Made by a program: the position numbers and the translations under genes. From contig CACACI010000004.1 of the NCBI GenBank assembly GCA_902530985.1, positions 2,339 to 66,338 on the forward strand: 64,000 nucleotides of DNA. The letters run 5' to 3'. The notes below the pieces were generated by a model, which saw only the letters and a list, made by a program, of their open reading frames with translations, ran no database searches and had not been told where the DNA came from. The stretch comes from an uncultured Alphaproteobacteria bacterium (lineage in GTDB: Bacteria > Pseudomonadota > Alphaproteobacteria > Methylaequorales > Methylaequoraceae). This document shows positions 49,111 through 59,552 of this stretch, one piece after another (position 1 is the stretch's first letter; each line of letters opens with the position of its first letter).

Positions 49111-49426
49111 GTGGAGAATTTGAATTTTGTTCAATTAATTTATTTTTTGTTATTATATAACTTTTATTATTTCTTAAGATTCTATAGTCTTTATATATCG
49201 AAAAGATAAATTCATTTCCATTTATCATTCTGTCTGCTAAGCAACTATAAAAACATTTAAACTCAGATTTTTCAGAATCATCATCTGATGAACTACAAAT
49301 ATTGCTGCTGTCAATCTTAGTTGTATTTAATTCCATAAAATAACTCGGACTTATAAAAAAAAGATAGGCTAAAACTAAACACAAAGATTTAAAAAATAGA
49401 TTTTTTATGCAAATATGTAAAAACAT
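49091..49426 (-). CDS. DUF2946/CutF/CruR-like leader protein
   Basis: N-terminal hydrophobic segment, IC, CFYSC (CxxxC), C-terminal NSNSPP five residues before the stop. Confidence 0.65.
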   Translation of the reverse strand: MFLHICIKNLFFKSLCLVLAYLFFISPSYFMELNTTKIDSSNICSSSDDDSEKSEFKCFYSCLADRMINGNEFIFSIYKDYRILRNNKSYIITKNKLIEQNSNSPPSLFLS

Positions 49427-49483
49427 GAAACTAAAGTAAAGTCACAATAAAGTTTAATAAATAATTCAAGTATATCAAATCAT

Positions 49484-50206
49484 TTAAATTTTAAAGTGAA
49501 TTTTTTTATTACTGTTATATTCAAAAAAATATGTCCATCCATATATTGAAACTAAATTATATTTATTTTTTTTAAAGAATTTATAAATCTGATTTTTAAC
49601 AGGTGGACAGTCTAAATCATGTATTTCAATTGAAACAAGTAAAGGGCAAAATCTTTTAATATTAAAACCTCTTAATACATTCATCTCATAACCCTCTACA
49701 TCAATATTAAGATAATCGATTCTATTAACATTATTTTCGATAAGAACTTGATCTAGTGTTTTTTGTTGTATTTCATGTATTTCAGGCTTTTTATTAACAC
49801 TTTTAGATGTATAATTCTTAAAATTTTTGTCAACAGTATTCATTGTACAATTTTCGTAAAATATGAATGATTTTACTACTTCTTCTTTTGAACCTATAGA
49901 AAAATTTAAGTTTAAATCATTTGGTCTAAAAAAGTTATAAAGTTTAATACATCGTTCTGATATATCAAAATTAATCCCTTTCCAACCTTTTTTATGAAGA
50001 TTATAAGTTAAAGAATTAATCTTTGGCTGATTGCAACCAACATCAATATAAAAACCTTTTTTTTGATCAATAAAATAATTATTTACAAATAAATCTTCAC
50101 CAAAACTATTTGCATAAGATTTTAATGGTTTAAAGAAGATATTATGCAAAATGTTAAATATAAATGTACTTTTAATCTTCTTTCTTATTCTTTTAAAAGT
50201 ATTCAT
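49484..50206 (-). CDS. FkbM-family methyltransferase
   Basis: GEDL, GFYIDVGC, GWKGIN, LNIDVEGYE. Confidence 0.88.
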   Translation of the reverse strand: MNTFKRIRKKIKSTFIFNILHNIFFKPLKSYANSFGEDLFVNNYFIDQKKGFYIDVGCNQPKINSLTYNLHKKGWKGINFDISERCIKLYNFFRPNDLNLNFSIGSKEEVVKSFIFYENCTMNTVDKNFKNYTSKSVNKKPEIHEIQQKTLDQVLIENNVNRIDYLNIDVEGYEMNVLRGFNIKRFCPLLVSIEIHDLDCPPVKNQIYKFFKKNKYNLVSIYGWTYFFEYNSNKKIHFKI

Positions 50207-50237
50207 CTTATTAACAAATTAATCATTCTTGTTCTTT

Positions 50238-50314
50238 TGGTAGCGGAGGAGGGACTTGAACCCCCGACACGCGGATTATGATTCCGCTGCTCTAACCACC
50301 TGAGCTACTCCGCC
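50238..50314 (-). tRNA. tRNA-Met(CAT), elongator type
   Basis: Reverse complement GGCGGAGTAGCTCAGGTGGTTAGAGCAGCGGAATCATAATCCGCG...GTTCAAGTCC...CTCCGCTACCA; anticodon CAT. Confidence 0.93.
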
Positions 50315-50514
50315 TTTTTTAAAAAAGAATAAATACACTTTTTTGCTGCAAGTATATGATGCTTCCTCTTTAAATATGGTATGGATGTTACTAAAAAAAC
50401 TTTCATATTCAAGAATTAGATTAATTTATTTAGATCAGTTTTTTTGAAAAAAAAATATTAACAGTTAAGTTGTAGTTATTTTTTTTAATATTTGTTAACA
50501 ACTATCATCTATAA

Positions 50515-51459
50515 TTATAAAAGTAATTTATTTTTAGAATATGATTTTATAAAAGCCTTCTTTAGTCCATTCAATTCATTTACTTTTGGAGCAGATTTAC
50601 ATGTATGATTTGATCCCATAAAGAAAAGACTAATTAAAAAAAATAATCTTGAGATTTTTGGGAAATAAAAGAATTTTTTTCCAAGACAAAAAAAGTCATT
50701 AAAATAACCATGAATTATTTTTCTTTCATTTTCATTGAAATAATTCTTATATTTTTCATAGCTATTTTTTACAAAACCAATTCTATTAAGCACGTAACAA
50801 ATATTCAATAATTTTATATACCTCTGCTTATCATCCTCAAAAATCTTATCCTCTGGATTTTTTAAATATAAAAGATCCCCTCCCCAGACTTGACATAAAA
50901 GGGTTTCATAATGACATAATCCGGCTAAAACAAAATTATTTTCTAACATCACTCTGTTTATTAAACTAAAGCCATTGCCTTCAATATCATTTTTCTCATT
51001 CCCTTGAAAACTAAATTCAACTTTTAAACATATCAAACTGTTTTTTAAAGTTTTTTTCATTCCTTTAAGAATGTCATTTTCACTTCCTTCAACATCTATT
51101 TTAATAATATCAGGAGCTTCGATTATTTTTTTATTAACGAGGTTGTCTATCGTTTCTGTTTTTACAAATGTTTTATTAACTTTAGATTCTTTAAAAAGTT
51201 TTCTGTATTTAAGAGAACTACATGTCGTATAATTAAAAAACTTTTTCTTGGAAACACTGTTAGAAATAGCATAGTCAAAAATTTTAATAGATTTGTTTTT
51301 ACTGTATTTTTTCTTTAATTTTTTATATTCATTTTGATTGGGTTCAAACAAATACACATTTGATTTATGAAAGTCCGTTATTGGTTCAAAAAGATATTCT
51401 AATCCACCAGCAGCTCCAATATCAACAATATTAATATTTTTACTCATTTTAATGCACAA
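50515..51459 (-). CDS. FkbM-family methyltransferase
   Basis: IVDIGAAGG, FEPN, IKIDVEGSE; real start probably ATG 51447. Confidence 0.85.
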   Translation of the reverse strand: MCIKMSKNINIVDIGAAGGLEYLFEPITDFHKSNVYLFEPNQNEYKKLKKKYSKNKSIKIFDYAISNSVSKKKFFNYTTCSSLKYRKLFKESKVNKTFVKTETIDNLVNKKIIEAPDIIKIDVEGSENDILKGMKKTLKNSLICLKVEFSFQGNEKNDIEGNGFSLINRVMLENNFVLAGLCHYETLLCQVWGGDLLYLKNPEDKIFEDDKQRYIKLLNICYVLNRIGFVKNSYEKYKNYFNENERKIIHGYFNDFFCLGKKFFYFPKISRLFFLISLFFMGSNHTCKSAPKVNELNGLKKAFIKSYSKNKLLL

Positions 51460-51716
51460 TTTTTATGTTTAAAAAGCAATTATTTGGAATTTAAATTAAA
51501 ACTAATGTTAATTAAAATATACATAGTTACAAGCGTATAGTTAAATTTTTAATTTATGAAAAATTGATTAATAATAAAATAAATAATTTCTAATATTTAT
51601 TTTCTTAATCATTAATTTGAAGAAACTTAATTTAAGAAAACATAAGATTGAATTATTTTTAATAGTATTTAAAGAATTTTTAATATATAAAAAAGTGAAA
51701 ATAATTAATCATTGAA

Positions 51717-53060
51717 ATGGAAAATAGTCAAAAGTTTTCTAAATATTGTTTGAGATCTACTCTCATTTTAGCAATTTTACTTATAGTGTATATGATTGTT
51801 AGAAGAGATTTTAGTCAGGCAACTACGGCTGAATTTATTCAATTTATATTATATTACATAGTCCCAGTGATCTCATTTTCTGCGATTTGTGTGGTAATTT
51901 CTTTTGTTAAAAAACCGGTTCAACTAACTTCTTTAATTTATATATCCTCCATTTTGTTTGCAGTTTTTTCTGCAGAATTTTATTTACAATACATTACTAT
52001 TGACATTGTTTCAAAGATCAAAGAATCAGCAAAAGAAAGAAAAATTAATCCAGATTTAAGGACCATTAAGCAAGTGGTTGAGCAACATTCCACAAAAAAT
52101 AACGAAGCTTACCCTTTTTATAAATTAGCAAATGAGTATAAAGGTATACTTCCATTAGGTTTAATTCCTAATAAACTCACTGTTTATTGTAATGAAATTG
52201 GTGAGTATTTAATTTTTAAATCTGATCGTCATGGGTTTAATAATCCAGATTCAATTTGGAATAAAAAGAAAGTTGATTTTGTTGCTTTAGGAGATTCTTT
52301 CACCCATGGAGCATGCATTCCCAATAATAAGGGCTATGTAAATCTAATTCGCGAGAATGGAAGACAAATTATTAACTTAGGAATTGGAGGCAATAATCCT
52401 TTCTCTAATTTAGCTACAATTGTTGAGTATGTCTTAATAAAAAAACCAAAAATTATCTTATGGTTCCATTTTTCAGGAAATGATCTAGCTGGGATGATGA
52501 CTGATACGAATCATAAAACTTTTATCAGATATATAAAACAAAAAGAATTCTCTCAAAATCTATTTAATAGGTCCGATGAAATTGAGATTAAAATGCTTTC
52601 ATCCTATAAAGAAAATAAAAATAAAATCTTTGAAGCAGATGAAAAAACTGTTTTTCAAAAGTTTAATATAATACATTTAATTAAACTACATTATTTAAGG
52701 ACAGCATTTGGGCAAAGTAGAAACTTAGATGGAGATTTTGATTTTAATGTTTTTGAAGACATTATGAGGAAGGCGAGAGATTTGGCAGATAAAATTGGAA
52801 GTGAAATTTATTTTATTAATATCCCCACTCTTCAACAAGCCTACATATATGAATCTGACCCTAATAGAAGAAAAACATATGAAATAATAAAAAAACTAGA
52901 TATTAAATGGCTTGATTTAAGTAACAAAATCATTAATCATAATGATCCAAGTTCGTTATATGCTTATCGTAATAAAGGAGGTCATTTTAGTGAAAAAGGT
53001 AATGAATTTACAGCAATGCAGGTATTGAAAATGATCGAGTTTTATGAAAAACAGGAATAA
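51717..53060 (+). CDS. membrane-anchored SGNH/GDSL-fold protein
   Basis: Three N-terminal TM segments, GDSFTHG, NLGIGG, GND, GHFS. Confidence 0.75.
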   Translation: MENSQKFSKYCLRSTLILAILLIVYMIVRRDFSQATTAEFIQFILYYIVPVISFSAICVVISFVKKPVQLTSLIYISSILFAVFSAEFYLQYITIDIVSKIKESAKERKINPDLRTIKQVVEQHSTKNNEAYPFYKLANEYKGILPLGLIPNKLTVYCNEIGEYLIFKSDRHGFNNPDSIWNKKKVDFVALGDSFTHGACIPNNKGYVNLIRENGRQIINLGIGGNNPFSNLATIVEYVLIKKPKIILWFHFSGNDLAGMMTDTNHKTFIRYIKQKEFSQNLFNRSDEIEIKMLSSYKENKNKIFEADEKTVFQKFNIIHLIKLHYLRTAFGQSRNLDGDFDFNVFEDIMRKARDLADKIGSEIYFINIPTLQQAYIYESDPNRRKTYEIIKKLDIKWLDLSNKIINHNDPSSLYAYRNKGGHFSEKGNEFTAMQVLKMIEFYEKQE

Positions 53061-53065
53061 ATATT

Positions 53066-54214
53066 TTATCTCAATTCACTCGCTGTTATCCACCCTCCTC
53101 CAATCATTTTTTTATAATTATTATAAAATACGCAAGCTTGACCAGGAGCAATACCAAGTTCAGGTTCTAAAAGTTTAACAACACCATTTTTCTTATTATT
53201 TTTATTTAATTCAACTTTTGCAGATATAAGCTTTTTACCTGAACGGATTTTAATAAAAGCATCAAATTTTTTTTTTGGTTGCTTTGTTGTAAAAAAATTT
53301 AAATCTTTTAAATAAATAAAGTATCTCATCAACTGCTCTTTAGGACCAACTTTTATTTTATTGTTTTTCTTATCTATATCAATAACATACAATGGAACCT
53401 GGTCTTCTTTCCCTTTAATTCCTCCTACTCCAATTCCTCTTCTTTGCCCTATGGTATAATCAATAATTCCTTTATGTTCACCAATTACTTGACCATCTAA
53501 GTCTTCAATATCGCCCCTTGTAGAAACTCTTGGATTATTTTTTTTTATAAAATCTCTATAATTACCATCAGGTATAAAACAAATATCCTGGCTATCTGGT
53601 TTTTTAGAAACAGACAAATCAAAATTTTCTGCAAGTTCTCTGATAAAGTTTTTAGTGTAATTACCTAATGGAAACCTTAGAACCCTTAATTGTGTTTGTG
53701 TTGTGGCAAATAAAAAGTAACTTTGGTCTTTTAAGTTGTCATCTGCTTGATAAAGATTTATATCATTACCATCTTCCATTCTTTTTACATAGTGACCAGT
53801 AGCTAAAACTTCACTTTTAATTGATTTTGTAAAACTTATTAGATCTTTAAATTTAACAGTTTGATTACAAAGAATACAAGGAATAGGTGTCTGCCCTTCA
53901 ACATAACTATTTACAAATTTATCAATTACTGATTTTTTAAATTTATCTTTATAATCTATAGTGTAATGCTTTATTCCTAATTTTTTTGCAACATTTCTAG
54001 CGTCTGCAATGTCAATACCAGAACAACAGGTCTTTGGGTTTTTTGAACTTGCACCCTCATAAAGTTTCATTGTTACACCAATCACCTCATAACCAATATA
54101 CTTAAGTAAGGCTGCTGTGACTGATGAATCAACACCACCAGACATAGCAACAACTATTCTGCTTCCAATGTTGGGGAGATTATTAACTTGAATAAACCGT
54201 TCTTTATCTATCAT
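53066..54214 (-). CDS. mnmA: tRNA-specific 2-thiouridylase
   Basis: AMSGGVDSS, TPIPCILCN, ATGHY, KDQSYFL, DSQDICF, PGQACV. Confidence 0.97.
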   Translation of the reverse strand: MIDKERFIQVNNLPNIGSRIVVAMSGGVDSSVTAALLKYIGYEVIGVTMKLYEGASSKNPKTCCSGIDIADARNVAKKLGIKHYTIDYKDKFKKSVIDKFVNSYVEGQTPIPCILCNQTVKFKDLISFTKSIKSEVLATGHYVKRMEDGNDINLYQADDNLKDQSYFLFATTQTQLRVLRFPLGNYTKNFIRELAENFDLSVSKKPDSQDICFIPDGNYRDFIKKNNPRVSTRGDIEDLDGQVIGEHKGIIDYTIGQRRGIGVGGIKGKEDQVPLYVIDIDKKNNKIKVGPKEQLMRYFIYLKDLNFFTTKQPKKKFDAFIKIRSGKKLISAKVELNKNNKKNGVVKLLEPELGIAPGQACVFYNNYKKMIGGGWITASELR

Positions 54215-54216
54215 TA

Positions 54217-54417
54217 TTAATCTCTTTCATCGATCCATGCCATTTGAATAGCCTCCAATATTTTTTCATTTGAATTTTCTGGGACATCTTCAAATTCATC
54301 AAGTTCAAGAATCCAAGAATGGAGATCTGTAAATCTAAGATTAACATTGTCTTTTTCTGGGAATTTTTCTTCAAGGAGAATGGCAATTTCTCTTGAATCT
54401 GACCAATTTAATTTCAT
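54217..54417 (-). CDS. iscX: Fe-S assembly protein IscX
   Basis: W.D..EIA..L, LRFTDL, SNEKILEAIQMAW; position in the isc operon. Confidence 0.93.
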   Translation of the reverse strand: MKLNWSDSREIAILLEEKFPEKDNVNLRFTDLHSWILELDEFEDVPENSNEKILEAIQMAWIDERD

Positions 54418-54749
54418 TATTCAACACTCATATTTCTTGTACCACCTGGAATTTTAACTTTCATACCTTCTAGTTCCTCATTAATTATTATTTGACATCC
54501 TAATCTAGATGTATGTGTAAGGCCAAAAGCTAAATCTAGCATATCCTCTTCTTCTTCAGTTGGTTCGGGTAAATTATTGAAAAAATCTTTTTCAACTATA
54601 ATATGGCAGGTAGAACACGCAAGCGAACCTTCACAAGCACCTTCTAGATCAATATCATTACTATGTGCAACTTCTAGTAAAGATAATCCATTTTCCGCTT
54701 CTACCATTTTTTCCTTACCATCAGGCTCTATAAATATTATCTTTGTCAT
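54417..54749 (-). CDS. fdx: 2Fe-2S ferredoxin (adrenodoxin type)
   Basis: [25 protein letters not shown]. Confidence 0.96.
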   Translation of the reverse strand: MTKIIFIEPDGKEKMVEAENGLSLLEVAHSNDIDLEGACEGSLACSTCHIIVEKDFFNNLPEPTEEEEDMLDLAFGLTHTSRLGCQIIINEELEGMKVKIPGGTRNMSVE

Positions 54750-54753
54750 AATT

Positions 54754-56544
54754 CTAACTTAATTCATTAATTCCTTTTCCAAGAACTTGTGAAAAATCTT
54801 TCTCAATCTTTTTTTGAGCAAAAGATTCAGTTGATTTATTTAATTTTTCAATGCATTCGTTAATCATATCGCAATTATTCGTTTTTATAGTATTTTTAAG
54901 CATAATAATATTTTTTTCAATATTTTCTTGATCGTTTTTATTACATAATAATTTAATTTCTGTTTTAATTGATTCTATTTCATTTAAAAAGCTTTTTGCC
55001 TTAATTTTAGATTCAATTAACATTCTTTGTTCTATATCGTCTTTTGCATTTATTATACTACTTTCGACTATACTCCTCATTTCAGCTAGATCTAAATTTT
55101 CATTTGTTTTTATGGAAATTTCACTCTCATTTCCTGTTTCTTCATCTTGAGCAGTAACAAACAAAATACCATCAGCGTCCAATGAGAACATAACTTTTAT
55201 TCTTGGTATTCCAGCAGGTTTAGGAGAAATTTTATTTAGTGTAAATTCTCCCAGATTTCTATTGTTTGTCGAAGTTTCTCTTTCTCCCTGTAGAATTTTA
55301 ATTTTTAGCGCAGTCTGTCCGTTTTCATATGTTGTGAAAGTTTGTTCTTTTATAACTGGAATTGGACTATTTCTTGATATTATTTTTTCCATTAAACCAC
55401 CCATGGTCTCAATACCAAGTGATAAAGGTGTTACATCTAATAGAATATTTTTGGAGCCATTTAAGAGTTCATATCCATGAAGAGCAGCTCCTTTTGAAAC
55501 AACAAGATCTGGATTAACATCATTGAAAATCTGAGTTCCAAATATTTCTTTTAATTTTTTAGAAATCAATTCAATTCTTGAAGATCCTCCAACTAATATA
55601 AAACCATCAATTTCATCTATAGTTGTATCAACCTCATTTAAAAGTTTAGAAGCAATTTGGATGGTTTTTTCAACAAGTGGTTCAATACAAGAATGAAACT
55701 CCTCTATATTTATTGTAATTTTTTTTGAACTATTATTTATATTTAATTCTTCTGATATATGATTGGTATTTGCAAATTTTTCTTTAATTAATTTAAAATG
55801 TTTTATAATTCTCAAACTTTCTTTTTCTGAAAGGTTATCTAAATCAATTTTAAGTTTCTCCTCTAAAGCCCACTTTGTAAATAGAACATCAAAATCATCT
55901 CCTCCTAAATTAGGATCACCACTAGTACCTATAACTTTAAATATCCCATCAGATAATTTTAATAAAGAGACATCAAAAGTCCCTCCTCCAAGGTCATAAA
56001 CAAAAAAAATTCCCCTTTTTTTTTTCTCTAAACCATAAGCAAAAGCGGCAGCAGTTGGTTCATTGATCAATCTTCTGACTCTAAAGCCTGCCATAAATGC
56101 AGCTTTCATGATACCTGATCTTGCTTTTTCATCAAAATAGGCAGGAACTGTAATAACACAATCAAAAATTTTTTGTTTTAAGAAATCCTCACATATTTTT
56201 TTTATATAAATAAAAAAATCTTTTGATACATCAACCGGTGAAATTTTATTATTTCTTTCATTTAAATAAATTTTCTTATCATAATTTTCAGTAAATTTTC
56301 TTTTTACTGAAAATATAGAATCAAAATATTTTTTTCCTTTTAAAATGTCATTTCCAAAAAACTTTTCTTTATCATCATATAAAACAATAGTTGGTATCAA
56401 TTCTTTACCCGATTTATCTAATATATAAATAAAATCATCGTTTAGTTTCACAGAACAAACAGAATTTGTGGTTCCAAAGTCTATACCTATACATAATTTA
56501 GAATCATTTTCTAGATTAGGTTCTTTAATATTAATTAAGTTCAT
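54754..56544 (-). CDS. hscA: Fe-S chaperone HscA (Hsp70)
   Basis: [40 protein letters not shown]; follows hscB. Confidence 0.93.
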   Translation of the reverse strand: MNLINIKEPNLENDSKLCIGIDFGTTNSVCSVKLNDDFIYILDKSGKELIPTIVLYDDKEKFFGNDILKGKKYFDSIFSVKRKFTENYDKKIYLNERNNKISPVDVSKDFFIYIKKICEDFLKQKIFDCVITVPAYFDEKARSGIMKAAFMAGFRVRRLINEPTAAAFAYGLEKKKRGIFFVYDLGGGTFDVSLLKLSDGIFKVIGTSGDPNLGGDDFDVLFTKWALEEKLKIDLDNLSEKESLRIIKHFKLIKEKFANTNHISEELNINNSSKKITINIEEFHSCIEPLVEKTIQIASKLLNEVDTTIDEIDGFILVGGSSRIELISKKLKEIFGTQIFNDVNPDLVVSKGAALHGYELLNGSKNILLDVTPLSLGIETMGGLMEKIISRNSPIPVIKEQTFTTYENGQTALKIKILQGERETSTNNRNLGEFTLNKISPKPAGIPRIKVMFSLDADGILFVTAQDEETGNESEISIKTNENLDLAEMRSIVESSIINAKDDIEQRMLIESKIKAKSFLNEIESIKTEIKLLCNKNDQENIEKNIIMLKNTIKTNNCDMINECIEKLNKSTESFAQKKIEKDFSQVLGKGINELS

Positions 56545-57125
56545 TAAAGCATCTTTAAGTTATTTTTTATCTTTTCTAAATATGATAATTTAATATTTAA
56601 TTTATAGGCATTTTTATAGTCTTCAATATCAAATGACTCTGATATACCCTTTGAAGTATTTGAAATTTTATAATCTAATTCTTTTAAAATCTCTTTTTTA
56701 GATTGTAAACTATCAGTTTCTAAACATCTATTTTGAATATTCATTATTTCCTCAAGTACTTCTGGATCATTATATGATTTACTTTCTGATTCTTTAGTAA
56801 AACCGCGTAGTGTTAATATCAAATTAGCTCTTGAGTTTTTATTCTCCAGTTTTTGATATGCATCATTGATCATTGAAGATAATAAAGTTGAATATTTAAT
56901 TTCTTTGTCTGACAAATTAGAAAATTTATCAGGATGAACCATTTTTTGAAGTTTTAAATATCTGTTCTCTAAAAACTCTAAATTTAAATTATATATTTCT
57001 TCAATTCCAAGTAACTCAAACTCATTTAATGTCTTTGGTAATTGAATTTTATTACATTTACTGCAAAAAAGATTTTTTGGGTCAACTTTATTTTTACAGT
57101 TCCAGCATATATGACTAGTGACCAT
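56544..57125 (-). CDS. hscB: Fe-S co-chaperone HscB
   Basis: N-terminal CWNC...CSKC zinc knuckle, J-domain HPD. Confidence 0.92.
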   Translation of the reverse strand: MVTSHICWNCKNKVDPKNLFCSKCNKIQLPKTLNEFELLGIEEIYNLNLEFLENRYLKLQKMVHPDKFSNLSDKEIKYSTLLSSMINDAYQKLENKNSRANLILTLRGFTKESESKSYNDPEVLEEIMNIQNRCLETDSLQSKKEILKELDYKISNTSKGISESFDIEDYKNAYKLNIKLSYLEKIKNNLKML

Positions 57126-57134
57126 ACCTAAGTT

Positions 57135-57458
57135 TTATACATGAAAGGACTCACCACATCCACATCTTCCTTTTTCATTAGGATTAATAAATTTAAAACC
57201 TGACTCTAGATCACCTTCTTCATAATCCATTGTAGTACCAAGTAAGAATAATGTGGCTTTAGGGTCTATATAAATCACAATATCTTGGACCTTTAATACT
57301 TCATCATTTGCATCTGGCATATCAACAAATTCCATATTATAAGTCAACCCTGAACATCCCTTGGTTTCTATCCCAAGCTTTATACCCAGAGGTTTTTTTT
57401 CTCTCTTTGATAAAAGCCTTTTAATATGATTAACAGCATTACTAGTTACTGTTATCAT
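57135..57458 (-). CDS. iscA: Fe-S assembly protein IscA
   Basis: GCSG, NPNEKGRCGCGESF. Confidence 0.94.
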   Translation of the reverse strand: MITVTSNAVNHIKRLLSKREKKPLGIKLGIETKGCSGLTYNMEFVDMPDANDEVLKVQDIVIYIDPKATLFLLGTTMDYEEGDLESGFKFINPNEKGRCGCGESFHV

Positions 57459-57838
57459 TTTTTATTTTTCTTCTTATAATCGTCTATAGCTGCTTTAATT
57501 GCGTCTTCTGCCAAGATAGAACAGTGGATCTTAACAGGGGGAAGAGCAAGATGGTTTGCTATCTCAGTATTTTTAATTGAATGAGCTTCATCAAGGTTTT
57601 TACCCTTAACCCATTCTGTGATTAATGAACTTGAAGCAATTGCCGAGCCACAACCAAATGTTTTGAACTTTGCATCCTCAATTACACCTTTTTCATTAAC
57701 TCTAATCTGAAGTTTCATAACGTCTCCACAAGCTGGTGCTCCAACGAGACCCGTACCAACTTTTTCAGACTGTTTATCCATGGAGCCTACATTCTTCGGA
57801 TTTTCATAGTGATCTAATAATTCTTTACTGTATGCCAT
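57455..57838 (-). CDS. iscU: Fe-S scaffold IscU
   Basis: GAPACGDVM, FGCGSA, LPPVKIHC. Confidence 0.97.
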   Translation of the reverse strand: MAYSKELLDHYENPKNVGSMDKQSEKVGTGLVGAPACGDVMKLQIRVNEKGVIEDAKFKTFGCGSAIASSSLITEWVKGKNLDEAHSIKNTEIANHLALPPVKIHCSILAEDAIKAAIDDYKKKNKK

Positions 57839-57856
57839 GATATCTCCTTTCTTAGA

Positions 57857-59074
57857 TCAGTGATGAGACCATTTAATTTTACTTATATCGACTCCTTCTT
57901 GAGCCATTTCCCAGAGTGGACTCAATTCTCTGAGACGTTTAACTTCATTTACAATCATTTCTGTAGCATATTGTACTTCATTTTCAGTTGTAAATCTACC
58001 AAAACCTATTCTTAAGCTTGTATGAGCTAATTCTTCTTCCACACCAAGAGCTTTTAAAACATAAGACGGTTCTAGTGAAGCAGAAGTGCATGCAGAACCA
58101 GAGGATACAGCAAGATTTTTAATGCCCATCATTAAAGATTCACCTTCCACATAGGCAAAGCTTAAGTTTAAGTTCCCAGGAACCCTGTTGTCTTCGGACC
58201 CGTTAAGGTAAACATCTGGACATGATTTTCGAATGCCTTGAAGCATCATCTTTTTTAATTTAGATAGCGTCTTATGCTCATTTTCCATTTCATCAGAGTA
58301 TATACGGCAAGCTTCTCCTAAACCAACACAAAGAGCCGGAGACAATGTTCCAGACCTCATGCCTCTTTCTTGACCCCCACCACTTATCATTGAAGAAATT
58401 CTTACCCTTGGTTTGCGTCTAATGTATAAGGCACCGATACCTTTTGGTGCATAAATTTTATGACCTGAAATACTCATTAAGTCAATATTCATTTTATCTA
58501 CATCCAGTGGAATCTTTCCGATGGCTTGAGCACAATCCGTATGAAAAAAAACATCATTTTTTCTGCAAATTTCTCCAATCTTTTCCAGAGGTTGAATAAC
58601 TCCGATTTCATTATGAACTCCCATAATAGATACAAGTAACGTTTTGTCAGTTATTACTTTTTCAAGTTCATCTAAATTAATAAGACCATCACTTTGAACT
58701 GGTAAATAAGTAACATCAAAACCTTTCCCTGAGAGATTTCTGCAAGATTCTAAAACACATTTATGTTCGGTTACACAAGTAATTATATGATTTTTTTTAT
58801 CTCCATAAAACTCTGCAACACCTTTAATGGCTAAATTGTTTGACTCAGTTGCTCCAGATGTAAAAATTATTTCCTTAGGATTTGCTCCAATAATTTTTGC
58901 TACATGCTCACGTGCCACCTCAACGCCTTGTTCAGCCTCCCAACCATATGAATGATTCCTTGAATGAGGGTTTCCATAAATTTCAGCAAAATAGGGCATC
59001 ATTTTATCTAAAACTCTTGGATCTACAGGGGTAGTTGCTTGATAATCAAAATATATATTTTTCATTTTTTCCAT
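57857..59074 (-). CDS. iscS: cysteine desulfurase IscS
   Basis: [31 protein letters not shown]. Confidence 0.97.
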   Translation of the reverse strand: MEKMKNIYFDYQATTPVDPRVLDKMMPYFAEIYGNPHSRNHSYGWEAEQGVEVAREHVAKIIGANPKEIIFTSGATESNNLAIKGVAEFYGDKKNHIITCVTEHKCVLESCRNLSGKGFDVTYLPVQSDGLINLDELEKVITDKTLLVSIMGVHNEIGVIQPLEKIGEICRKNDVFFHTDCAQAIGKIPLDVDKMNIDLMSISGHKIYAPKGIGALYIRRKPRVRISSMISGGGQERGMRSGTLSPALCVGLGEACRIYSDEMENEHKTLSKLKKMMLQGIRKSCPDVYLNGSEDNRVPGNLNLSFAYVEGESLMMGIKNLAVSSGSACTSASLEPSYVLKALGVEEELAHTSLRIGFGRFTTENEVQYATEMIVNEVKRLRELSPLWEMAQEGVDISKIKWSHH

Positions 59075-59084
59075 AATCTAATAT

Positions 59085-59552
59085 CTAGTGTTTAAAATTG
59101 ACTTTTTCCATCTTTTCATGATTTTTTTTTAAAAAATTATCTGATTTTACATCTTCAATTGAAATTGACCTAAGAAAGCTTGATATATGATTACTGAACT
59201 CATACCACAAATTATGGGTTAGGCACTTCGATTTTTTATTTCGAGCAGAAATACAACCAAAATCGAAACCATTACAATTATTTATTTTCAATTTTTCATC
59301 AACAGCCTTTATAACATCATATATCTTGACTAAATTTGGATTTTTAGCAAAAGTATAACCACCCATTGGTCCTCTTCTACTTTCAACGATTCCATTTCTT
59401 TTGAGTGAATAAAATATTTGTTCTAAAAATGTAATTGAAATATTTTGCCTTTTTGCAATATCAGAAAGTTTTATGGGATTGCTATTTCTAGAATACAGAG
59501 CCATATCAACAAGAGACGTCACAGCCACTCTACCTTTAGATGATAATCTCAT
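59085..59552 (-). CDS. iscR: Rrf2-family regulator IscR
   Basis: SRRGPMGGY, three Cys plus CLTHNLW; heads the isc genes. Confidence 0.9.
   Translation of the reverse strand: MRLSSKGRVAVTSLVDMALYSRNSNPIKLSDIAKRQNISITFLEQIFYSLKRNGIVESRRGPMGGYTFAKNPNLVKIYDVIKAVDEKLKINNCNGFDFGCISARNKKSKCLTHNLWYEFSNHISSFLRSISIEDVKSDNFLKKNHEKMEKVNFKH

Noticed and set aside
50305-50406. 33-codon minus-strand ORF (MKVFLVTSIPY...) running into tRNA-Met
   Set aside because: It overlaps the tRNA 5' end and probable promoter region, has no SD, and is of chance length.
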